Shown here: piece by piece, positions 37,101-47,795 of the stretch
Layout: each line of letters opens with the position of its first letter
How positions within the stretch are numbered: position 1 is the first letter of the stretch
NCBI GenBank assembly: GCA_030704615.1
Contig: CM060731.1
Location: forward strand, 6,634,001 to 6,698,000
Direction: 5' to 3'
Source: Takakia lepidozioides
Taxonomy: Eukaryota > Plantae > Bryophyta
Length of the DNA stretch: 64,000 nucleotides
Notes under the pieces: model-generated
The model's database searches: none
Told to the model about the DNA's origin: nothing
What the model saw: only the letters and a program-made list of their open reading frames with translations
Translations under genes and position numbers: made by a program

Positions 37101-37654
37101 GTGAGGCACCTCCCTCCGCTCTCTTATTTCATTGAAAACCCTTTCTGGTTGTGCTGGTATTGACATTCTTCAAGTGGATTTGTTCTTACTGTAGGATGCC
37201 AAGTACTGCCGGAGGGACGTCTACACCGGAGTTCATGGGCAGGAGGAACGTGCCTTTTTTTGCCAGGGGAGATTTCATGCCTAGTCCAGAAAGGGAGTAC
37301 ATCCTGCCTACTTATGCTGCCCGGCTTGCTTCGGTGTCCATTAGGAGGTGTTCCGAACGTAGTCGTGTACAGCAGATTTTAGACGAGGCAAGCCTCAAGA
37401 AAATGAAGATGAGGGAGGAGGCAGCAGCTATTAGAGCCCGTCGGGCTCGTAGATTTGTGTTGGATTCTGCTGAGGAAAGTGGGGGAGAAGACGCAGAAGA
37501 TTCCCAGGAGGTGAGGTGGACAGTCCCCCAAGGAGAGGACGGGATTTTTGAGAGGCATAGTGGAACTGATGCATCACAGAGCTCGGAGGATGAGGGGGAT
37601 GAGGGGGATGAGGAAGAAGGTGGGGCAAGTTCCTCGGAGGGTGTAGGAGAGTAG
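31137..37654 (+). CDS. MULE accessory protein (~1461 aa): disordered N-terminus, ParB/Srx-like domain, helical region, beta-class N6-adenine/N4-cytosine DNA methyltransferase-like domain, acidic tail. Exons 31137-31214, 31562-33003, 33122-33311, 33414-33698, 33784-33909, 34005-34219, 35304-36429, 36518-36782, 36867-37065, 37195-37654
   Basis: Hand-spliced exons total 4386 nt, in frame with no stop (first intron GC-AG, others GT-AG). ParB-type FYVWDGNHRLLAW; MTase motif-IV-like CDMILLDIPDG precedes RSPAFIQTLMETCSDVQGRILDLTCGTGASMWAG..RHVFAFEPD (motif X/I/II-like). Confidence 0.8.
34285..35275. repeat. Intronic tandem array, ~10.5 copies of a 95-bp unit (190-bp dimer), each with GGAAATTCGGCGCC
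   Basis: TGGAAATTCGGCGCC...TCCAGTTC(C/T)AGGCCCTATTGCCGTCCAGGGACTTAGCCATTTTCGG.CTAAGTCCCTAG repeats every 95 bp inside predicted intron 34220-35303. Confidence 0.95.
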
Positions 37655-38109
37655 TGCCCATTCCGGCTATGACAGTTAGAACACACTTGTATAGACGTGG
37701 CTTGCCACAAAATTTGCAATAAAATGTTGCATTTTAAGTCCACTGGTGCCACATTCCAACTTCACATGACCCTATTTCCGTGCCTCCTAACCCTATTTCC
37801 GTGGACTCACAATGGTCTGCTCATGCTTTTTTTTTTTCCGCTCATGCTCATGCCGCTCATGAAATAGCAGCCCCCATTCAATTGAAAGGATATTACAGAC
37901 CTAGCCTCGTTGGAGTTATCAACGCATATAGCAAATGCGTACTCCAACGCAGGTGCAATGACGTGACAAAGCAACATTTCCTTGACCTAAAAACTAGTCC
38001 CTCTACACACAGTGGTAGACCTGAAGGTTTTTCCACGATGTCCTCCCCCATGACACAAATTGAAAACATGTTCAGGGATGTTTTCTGCCTAACTTCATTT
38101 TCTACCCAA

Positions 38110-39200
38110 TCACATCTCCTCTACGCTGATGATGTTGCCCTTTTGGCACAATCCCCGGTCTTTCTGCAACGCCATATCAAAATTTTGGAACAGTTATGCA
38201 AAGACTATGGGATGCAAGTCAATCTTAGCAAGACCAAGATCATGGTCTTCAATGGCCAGGCTGATTGTAGATTCATCTTCAACCAGCAGGAAATTGAGAT
38301 TATCAAATCATACCGGTACCTAGGTCTGGTTATCCACTCCCCCAAGTTTCACTTTGCAGCCACTGCCTTCGACAAATTGACTAAAGGTAAGGCGGCCTCC
38401 GTCCGCCTTCACACCAAATGCAAGCAAATACATCTACGGCATCCCCCGACCAAAAAGTGGTTGTTTGACACCGTTGTCAGCCCTGCTACCATCAATGGTT
38501 GTGAGTTCTGGGCACCTGGTGTCCCTGTCTCCTGGTGGGAAAAGAATTTGGAACCATTACAGTCATCTTTTCTAGCACAACTCCATCTCAGATCCTAGGT
38601 GCAGAGTTTGCATGTGTACCATTGCAATCCGAGGCACGGTTTAGGCTTACAATCTTTCTCCATAGATTGCAGGCCCTTCCACCCAAAGGGCTAGTGGCAA
38701 GGGCCCTCACAACATCTATGAGGCTCAAAGCTGCAGGTTTCGGGAACTCCTGGTATGCTCGAGTGGACAGTTTATTGAAACGTAACGGACTTTCTACTGC
38801 TTTCCTATTACCAATAAACCCACATGAGGTGGACATCACATCCAGACATGACCGCAACAGACTCATTCGGAGAGAGCTTATGGAATTACATGTCAAGAGA
38901 ACATGGATGCTACCCAATCTCACAACAAAGCTCCACTTCTATCGAGAGACATTCTTGGTGCTCCGCGATGATAGAATCTTCAGACCAAATTACCTTTCAG
39001 CACCCTTACCTCCTTCCCTCTTGAGGGCATTGGGGCAGTTCAGGGTGGGTTCCCACAACCTACGGATAGAGACTGGCAGATGGGAAAACCTGCAACGGGA
39101 GGACCGCCTATGTCCAGCTTGCATAGGGTGCAGCAAGGAAATTGAAACTGAAGAACACTTCTTCTTCTACTGCCCTGTATACTACGACATCCGTTTGAAC
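38110..39200 (+). mobile_element. 5'-truncated non-LTR retrotransposon (RTEX/RTE-X-like LINE), C-terminal half of RT
   Basis: LLYADDVALLA, VNLSKTKIMVF, SYRYLG, then QFRVGSHNLRIETGRW..RLCPAC..ETEEHFFFYCPVY; frameshift near 38580; boundaries approximate. Confidence 0.82.
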
Positions 39201-39871
39201 AACTTTGTGGATATGTGCATCCTAGTTTCAGTTTCAGGAGAACTCAACGCCCAGAAAACAAGAACACAAGTAGGGGTAGAACTCACCTCATGCGCAGCAG
39301 TTTTTGTGCCGTTTGCGCACCTTTTGGAGAGACTCTACAGATGGAGGTGCAATTTCCTCCGAACTGTCCTCCACCTCATTGTCGTCGCCCATGCTATACT
39401 CGCTTGTGTCAAAATCCGAACTCGAAGACCACCCACCGCTCTGCCTTCCCTCTCGCACCGACGCCATCTGTACCGGATTCAGTCGAGCCAGGCGGGGGCT
39501 CCTTCGCACCGCGGGGCTGGAATGTGCAGAAGTGGGAGGAGGTGATGCTGCCTCGGCGGTCGAGCGCTTCTTACTAGGCGTGGACATAGACCATGACAAA
39601 GATGAAGACGAGCGAGGACATAGACCATGACCAAGACAAAGACGAGCGAGGAAGACCAAGACATGCAAAGGAGGAAAGAAGGACAAGGAGGGGAGTGTGA
39701 TCACACACCCCCCCGATCTGTAGTGAAGATCCGGCCGTTGTTGATTTCAAATATGAACACGTGTCGTGCATCCGACACTATGGCCTTTTCGACTTTGAGA
39801 CGTTAAACCCTAAACCACTTACAATCCTCCAGACAACTAGATGTAGTGATTCACACAACTGACATGGATCC

Positions 39872-39933
39872 GAGGTTTACTATTTCATGAGCGCATGAGC
39901 CCATGAGCCTATGAGCCTATGAGCTCATGAGCG
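39872..39933. repeat. Orphan terminus of a related MULE
   Basis: GAGGTTTACTATTTCATGAGC matches the left TIR at 23696 at 20/21 positions, followed by six (C/T)ATGAGC repeats. Confidence 0.75.
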
Positions 39934-41789
39934 GACATCCGCGGAATTGATGTGTGAGAAGTGAACACAGTGCTCTGCCAAATGATTCAGCAAAAACAAA
40001 CTCAACTGTAGTGGTTCTCCCATCGCAGAGAAGGGTCCATTCGACACCCATCGCACCATGTCAGGTTGAGGTCCTTACACACACACCTACACACCGAGAA
40101 TTTGCGAACCCACATCAGCTGGAGAGAACATGGAAATTACCCCGTGGATCACATGCAAGCATGAATGAGACATGGGTTTATGTTACATGGGAGATTTTGG
40201 TGTACCTGTGCGACATGCAACTCTGTCTACATACTCCATAAGTCGCTGTCCCAAGACCCAAGTGGACAGGGGAGGCCGGTGAGTCTGTACCACAAATGGT
40301 AATCATACAGCAGAGGGTACTGCTGCCCAACGTGCAAAAGCCGCCGGCTGCAGGATGCTAGGCATGCAAACTCGGGCACAGCACGGCTCCTCTGCACCCC
40401 ACTCCGTCCCAACCAGTGCAAAACAACCGTGCATGCATTGACTGCCCTCTGGCTTTCTCTCCAGGCATTTGGGGGTCTGCGATCTGCTACACGTAAGTGT
40501 CTTTGAATGCGACGATCAAAGGATCCGGTCACTTGCAGTTGCCGTCTCAAGGGTAGCATTGCAAGAATCAGAATTAAGTAAGAAAGATGGTGGAAGAAGC
40601 TGCAAACAGCAAATGAGTGAAGTGGCAAGGCGATGCTCCATTTTTAACATGCTCCCCTTCCCGCCATGGTGATAGAGCCACACAAATGGACTCCCTTCCC
40701 GCCACGGTGCAATTTCACGGCAACGGAACGGGATTGTCCGCCGAAACGTGATTGGAGATGGCCTAAGACAAGTGGCGCAGGTTCTGGCCTTGTAGTCAGG
40801 TTGTTCACACTTCAATGCACACATTTCATACACATTCAACCATATGCCCAAGATCACAACGTCGTCAATCGTGAAAATTGAAATTCCAGGTACGTCCTCC
40901 GATTCCTTACACACACACGAACTGTAGAGACAGGTCGTTTTCTAGGATGTCGTTGTTTGAGTCGATTTTGGTCATTTCTCTCAGTGTCTTGTTGAAAAGA
41001 TTCTAGTTATGATGGGAAGCATCGTGATGGCTTAAATGGTTTGCTGTTGAGTGTAACTTTTCATCATGTTGTGGAATCTACCGGTTGGTATAAAATGTCA
41101 ACTGTCTTCTCTGCCAAAGGATGTGCGGCTGAACCTTTCAAATTGAGATTGCAGGAGGAGGGAATGACGGTAGTGAAATGGGAGTGGCAGAGCCAATTGA
41201 GGAATCTCTGCAAAGGAGAATCCGGCCCCCTGCAACGGCGTGCACAAACAACATTGAAGAGGCTCCCCAACAAAAATGAGTTCCCCCTCGCCCATGCGGA
41301 GGACTTCCAATTAATCACCCCTGTAGACAGAACACCCGAGATGACAGGTTGTGGGAAAGAGAAGTGGCACGTGCCCGAGCCCTGGGCTTTCAAGGATGCC
41401 ACGCCCATGTGAACGTTGTTTGGGCACTACAAGTAGATCTGAGGACGGTTGTGCGCACACATCTCCTTCACCACAAAAGACCTGAAGCATTTCGGGTGTG
41501 GATTGGAGATGGACCTGCAGACGAAGACGATGAGGAGTGGGCACAATTGGACAATGCACACCCCCGAGGGAGCCATACAGACAGGCCAGACGAGGACTAT
41601 GTCATGGGCGCAGGACATGAACCAGGCATGGACGAGGGGTGGAGATTACTCGAATGTTGCAGGAAGCATTCCACATCATGGACGATGCTGAAGAGGGGGA
41701 CGGCGCTGCGACAACTGGGGATGGTGATGACGCAGGAAATGAAGGCATTCACGTGGGGGAAGGCGTGGAAGGAGGTGGAGATGGAGAAT

Positions 41790-44700
41790 TGAATTTTGCA
41801 CACATGACACTAGAAGAAGCATGTGTGCCACTGTACGAGGGATGCCAAATCCACAAGCTTGTTGCCACCATGCTGTTGTTGATGAACCTGTGCACAACCC
41901 ACGGTGTCTCAGACCATTTTGTGGACGAGTTGTTCTCTTTGCTTCGGCTCAACTTGCTTCCACAACCAAATGAAATGCAAAAAGCTGTCACATGGCCAAC
42001 CAAATGATTGGGAAGCTCGGCCTCACTACGTGAAAATACTGCATGTCCAAAAGAACATGTACTTTTCAGAAGAGAGTACAAGGATGCTATGGAGTGCCCC
42101 AAATGCGGTGCAGCCGATACATGATGTGGGCAGGTTACAACAGCCAGCCAAGGTGTTGAGGCACTTTCCCCTTATCCCCCGTCTATTACGAATGTACAAA
42201 TGCAAGACCATTAGTGAGCTCATGACTTGGCATTCCAGGAATGCCTCAAACGATGGTTTGGTAAGGCATGTCCCAGATTTCCCTTGCATGGAAGCATATA
42301 GATGCAACTTGGCCCGATTTTGCCGAGGACCCACGCAATGTGCGATTGGCTGTATCTACAGATGGAGTAAACCCATACGGATCAAAGAGTTGCACATGGT
42401 CCACATGGCCCGTGCAGTTGGTGGCATACAACCTGCCACCATGGTTGACAACAAAGAAATTCTTTGTCATGTTGTCTCTCTTGATTCCAGGCAAGGAGTC
42501 CGTGACAAATGCAAACATAGATGTGTATTTGCAACCATTGATTGAAGAGCTACAGGAACTATGGATTGGAGTTGAAGCTTACGACATTTTGAAACCAGTA
42601 GGGCAACGGAGTTTCACCCTCCATGCCATACTCATGTGGTCAATCCACGATTTCCCCGCATATGGCCTTGTTGCGGGTTGCAAGACAAAGGGCTACAAAG
42701 GGTGCCCCATTGTGGGCCCTATGTGGATTCACGGCACTCAAAGTCACTAGGGAAGACAATATACATGGGCATCGACGTTACCTTGCAAGAAACCACCCTA
42801 CCGACGAGCAAGAAGGCACTTCAATGGATGTGTTGAAAAGAGAATGGCACCAAATGCTGTGACACCGGAGGAGACATTGCAATTTGCAAAGGAGAAAGAG
42901 GCATTCATGGAGATTGGAGGAGAGACGGAAGTAGTGCGGATCCAGCCATGGAGCACGGGGTGAAGCGCCGGACAATCCTTTGGATTTGCCATACTGGAAG
43001 GTGCATGAATCCCCCCCCCCCCCCATTCACTCACTTTCTTTCACATTGTGCTTCCTGGAATTACCTTTACTGTCAGGAGTCCTTCCACCAACTCCTAAGT
43101 CAGTGTAACTACTATGCAGTAGATGTTGAAGTCGTACCTCACTGTGGAGAGGATCGTGGAGTTGTTGAAAGCAGAATGTAGTAACATGGACAAACTTCTG
43201 CCACATATTCTACTTTTTTTGCCCGTAGAACTTGGTCTCATGGGAGGACATTTGGCATTTCAGAACCTCTTGCAGCGGTACCTCCTGGACCCCATGCATT
43301 GTGAGAAGAACTTCTGCGAGAACATTCTGAAGACTATCTTTGGGGAGAAGGATACGATAAACGTACGAAATGACATGGAGATTGAAGGGATACGGTCACA
43401 TCTGTGGCTAAGGCCTGATCCAAATAGACCAGGCAAAGTGCTCATGCCAGCAGCATCATACGTCCTGACCAAATCAGAGCAAAAGGATTTTTTGAAGACA
43501 TTGGGAGCCATGAAAGTGCCAACCGGATTCTCGGGTGCTTTCCAAAAGCATGCCATAAACAAGAAATGGTCGGGGATGAAGTCACATGATCTATACATGA
43601 TGATGCAACAGATTTTGCCAGTGTGCATTCGGGGGGTACGATGGCGCCAGGTCCTCGAACAGCCATAATGCGTGTAAGTCGAGTGTTTAGGAAGATTTGT
43701 GCAAAGGTGTGGGATCCGAGGGACATACATCGTTGCATGAGGATGTGGCTATGACCCTATGTTTGCTGGAGAAAGAATTCCCTCCATCATTCTTTGACGT
43801 CATGACGCACTTGCTAGTGCATCTTGTAGAGGAGTTGCATGTGTGTGGGCCCGTAGCCAGCCGGTGGATGTACCCCATGGAGAGGTACATGAAGGATCTG
43901 AAGGGGTATGTACGCAACATGGCACGGCCAAAGGGGAGTATGGCGGAGGGCCACATCCGCGATGAAGCCCTGGGCTTCATGACAGAGTATATGTCTTCAT
44001 TTGATGCAATACAACGACGGGTGTGGGACGAGAACGAGGAAGAAGGAGTTGTAGGCGAGGTCTTAGAAGGTGGTGGAACAAAGCGTGCCATGAGCCCGCG
44101 CCTTCGGGATGTGGCACATGATTATGTGCTGAACAACACAACAACCATGACACCATGGAGACAGTGGGTGCCAACTTACATCCCTCCTGTGCTATTCTTA
44201 ATGGTCTTTGTATGCTGGAATTACATATATATTGTCACAAGTCATTCCGGCCACTATGGGAGTGGGATCGTGTACTAACAGGGTGCTTCAGACGACTACA
44301 GAGGGTGTTTCGTAGATCTTGGTTGTTGCTTGCAAGTGATTATGAAGTAGGCTGCATCACTACAGTGTGCTTGAAAGGACACACACTCTGCATGTGGCAT
44401 GCATGTACAGCACAGTGTTGGTCAGGGGGACTGAGTTGCAGCTTCTATTTGGTTTCTGCCAAAAAGTACGCAGCGGAGAAGGTCCGCCTGAAAACGGAAC
44501 GGAGTGCATTTGCAAAAGCATGGCGGAGGGGCGGTTGTAGGCGCAGATCCCCAGTGGAGTACCCCACAACAATGGAGGAGCTGCAGCCCTTTACAGTGTG
44601 GGTCAGATCTGCAATTGCAGTGTACGCATCAGAGAACGAGGACCCAGATGAGGGCATGGTGAGTCTGTCATTCCCCCCAGGGCTGATTGCCACTTCGTAC

Positions 44701-45281
44701 GGTCAATGAAAGCATATGGCAATCACTATAGAGTGGACGATGCCAACACCAGCCTCCTAGTGACTTATGACAGCGGAGTGGCATCATTTTTTGAACAAGA
44801 GAGTGAGAGCTGTGCACAAGATCAGAATCCAATTTCATGCCATGTGCAATATGTAGGAGTGATCAAAGAGATCCTTAAACTAGACTATGGTCTTGTGAAG
44901 CCAATTCTATTCCGTTGTTCTTGGGTAAAAGCCAATATGGTAGGAGAGAATGCCACCATGAAACGGGATGAGTACGGGTTCCTCCTTGCTGATTTTAGAA
45001 AAATGCTACCACAAGATGAAGAGCCATTCATCTTCCCATCGCAAGTTGAGCAAGTTTTCTTTTCAGATGACACCCATGCGCCGGGATGGAAGGTGGTTCT
45101 TCACAAGGACCCCCGGGCCAAACGAGTCATGGCCGACGTCCTTGATCTGGACCTAGGGGAGAATGCCGACCACGAGGGTCTGAGGGAACCACAAAATCTA
45201 CCAGATATGGCCGAACCAGTCTCTTTGGAAGGAGCAGTTACCTTTAATGAGGAAGACATTCCAGGGTTGGTAATTACCGCA
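41790..45281 (+). pseudogene. CACTA TnpD-type transposase (Transposase_21, DUF4218, DUF4216 regions), frameshifted; last 17 codons displaced to 48676-48623 (-) by inversion
   Basis: VLRHFPLIPRL, WKHIDATWPDFAEDPRNVRLAVSTDGVNPY, IHDFPAYG, LDPMHCEKN, GMKSHD, FPPSFFDVMTHLLVHL..GPVASRWMYPMERYMK, YVGVIKEILKLDY..LFRCSWV, EPFIFPSQVEQVFF. Confidence 0.92.
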
Positions 45282-45282
45282 A

Positions 45283-46315
45283 GGATTGGCTGCTGTGTTA
45301 CAGGCAGGTGTATGAGTTCGGCGTTACCTCTATGTGGAGAGGGATGAGACTGCATGACGTGTTTCACTTTGCCATGTTGCTCAGTTGGTGCAGCGGTACC
45401 CTGAGTTGTTGTCGGTGTCTGCAATTCGTGGATATCAGCAAGCCTTGCCAGCAGACATTTCGTTGCTGGGGGCGCAGGATTTGGAGCGGGTTGGCTCCAT
45501 TGATCTGGTAGTGGCAGGTTGGCCCTGCCAAGGGCATTCATCAGCCGGGCATGGCAATGGATTGCGAGACTCGAGGTCGGGTCTGTTTTCGGAGATGGTG
45601 CGGGTTTTGCGCCACTTGCAGCTTCATCAAGCTGTATCTCCAGCATACATCTTGGAGAATGTGCCACTGATGGGCGATTCTCGGGCCAGGGTGATGGCCA
45701 GTGTGCATCAAGTCCGGTCATGGCTTGGGTCAGCAGTGTTGCTAGATGCAGCTACAGTGGGGTCACGGGCTCATCGTCCACGACTATGGTGGACTAACTT
45801 GATGCCACCCGCACTGCTCAAGCGTGCATTTGATGGGGTGTAGCGGCCAGCACATCTCACAGTGGATAGCATTCTGGACACAGAGAGGCAGTCTCAGCGT
45901 GTGAGACACGATGACCGTTCGCCTTTGGCAGTGGTCAACAAGGTGGGTCAACCACGAGTAGCATTACCTACACTGCTCAGCTTCCCAGGATCGCATGCTT
46001 TCCAGGATAGTGGACCTGGCCTCCTGTGGGATGCTCAGTTGCAGCAGTTAGTGGAGCCTAATGCTGACGAGCGTGAGCGGGCATGGGTTTTACCACTGGT
46101 ACCACGACGGTGTCGTCTCTTTCTGAGGCATCACGTCGTCAAGTGTTGGGGCAAGCAATGGATCTCAATTGCTTGACCTGGATTATCAGCTTGGCTCTGG
46201 CTGAGCAACGCAGAGTGCGGAGTACACTTCCCTCGATGGTCTCTCTGCCTACTGAGACGGTACAGGCAGTGAGTGGGGGCGAGCATGTGAGGACCACGGG
46301 GTGCATGCATCCATG
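45283..46315 (+). pseudogene. C5 cytosine DNA methyltransferase domain of the Gypsy polyprotein (inverted fragment, motifs II-X)
   Basis: GLAAVLQAG..YLYVERD (end of motif I, motif II), IDLVVAGWPCQGHS (IV), RSGLF (V), YILENV (VI), LLDA (VII), AHRPRLWWTN (VIII), ERERAMGF (IX), RQVLGQAM (X); three stops and one frameshift. Confidence 0.92.
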
Positions 46316-47093
46316 CACTAGAAGCATTTGTGTCTTTTCCGATTCGACTGCATGTCCGCGACCACTCCGGGAACCACTTGGTAGTAAACGGGACTACTGG
46401 AGAGTCGAAACAGACAATGTGGGCCCACGGGGGCATTTCAGACGGCGGACAGAAGTGGGGTCAACGACTCCGGAGTCGTAGCAGAATTCCGGGCTATTTT
46501 ACGAATTGCATAAATACATAAAATTTGAAAAAGCCAAAATTACAAGTGGTTGTAATTATTGCACATGCGACTACAAATTTTCTTTCCTAATTCGATTAAT
46601 GGAATAAAGATATTTATTCATTAAAGTGAATATGTAGTCGACTCAACGACTCCATGAACCACTGCGCATTCATTGCACCCATGACTCGGCAGCACATTTG
46701 CTGACGTGGCTTTCACAAAAAGAGGTTAGCACTTGCATCCTTGTCTCTGCCAGGTGGAGGCAGCACGTATTAAAATATCTATTCCCCCAAGGCCACATTT
46801 TCTGCGTCGGACATGGCGGGACGTGGGAATGGAAATCCTGACACGGCAAGGCCTTCGTATACTGTGAGCGCGCGTAGTGGCTTCTCATAACGGTGTGACA
46901 TCGGGGTCTTGGTCATTCATCATTTACAGAATGTGCTGGATGGAGGCACGATGGAGCGCGCATACGGGCATGCCCTTCTGGCATCAATTCCCAAGTATCC
47001 ACGCAAGGTGAGGCTGCTGAATTGGGTTTTTGCCCGTCTAGTTTTCTGACAGCATGCTCAAAACGTTCATAGTGCCATTGAGTGGCATCGCAA

Positions 47094-47795
47094 TAATTTG
47101 ATGTGTAGCTGCTTTTCCATTTCACAAGTTATGCAGAAGGCGTCACAGAAGAAGATCGCAAAGACGTCAAGGCTGAAGAATATGCCCTTTGGTTGTGAAC
47201 TACAATCATATCATGCCAAACCCCATTTTGCCCACGCAGATGAGGGAGACATTCTGCATTTGCGAGTGGGACTTAATTCCTCTAAACCCAGCTTGAAGGC
47301 AGTTGTGACACCAGAGAAACTGGAAACTACCTCCAAGAAAGTTGAAACTCGCAAGATAGTCATGTATTCGTCTCATTATCTCCAACTGGGATTCCGAGTT
47401 ATCATCCGACCCTTTACATGTGCGCTGGAATGGAGTATAATTCTGGTTTAGGCAGTTATTGCCACCAGACGTTCGCTTCTCCAATTTTTACATTTAAGGA
47501 TGTGTCTGTGTTTATGGCACTTTCTCCCAAGGAGGCCTGAGTACCCCCCTATACTTGCAAGAATTTGATGTGTAGCTGCTTTTCCCTTTCATAAATTATG
47601 AAGAAGCAGTCACAGAAGAAGATCGCAAAGAGATCAAGGCTGAAAGCGTTCATTAAGGTTGTGAACTACAATCATATCATGCCAAACCAGCGCCGGCAGA
47701 TGGTGTCATGAGACATTCTGCGATTTGCGCATAGGTGGACTTAATTTTGATGTTGACTTGAAGGCAGTTGTGACACCAGTGAAACTGGAAACTAC
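47094..47795. repeat. Diverged ~230-bp direct repeat in the CACTA arm (~47094-47330 and ~47562-47795)
   Basis: AATTTGATGTGTAGCTGCTTTT...GGTTGTGAACTACAATCATATCATGCCAAACC...TTGAAGGCAGTTGTGACACCAG.GAAACTGGAAACTAC occurs twice. Confidence 0.8.

Larger units (their letters stand above)
23696..37875. mobile_element. Complete Mutator-like element (MULE), 14.2 kb, two divergent genes
   Basis: Imperfect TIRs GAGGTTTGCTATTTCATGAGC / revcomp GGGGGCTGCTATTTCATGAGC with CATGAGC(GG) subterminal repeats; exact 9-bp TSD ATTCAATTG at 23687-23695 and 37876-37884. Confidence 0.92.

Noticed and set aside
23696-37875. Bacterial contamination or plasmid partition cassette (ParB + parS + MTase)
   Set aside because: The gene has spliceosomal introns, there is no ParA, and the unit is bounded by MULE TIRs and a 9-bp TSD within plant transposons.
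39954-41700. Short ORFs upstream of the CACTA transposase
   Set aside because: No family assignable by eye; some may be decayed transposase 5' exons.
45283-46315. DNMT as cargo of the CACTA element or as a host gene
   Set aside because: It lies outside the CACTA TIR, and its two ends join the Gypsy polyprotein at 48678 and 18691.
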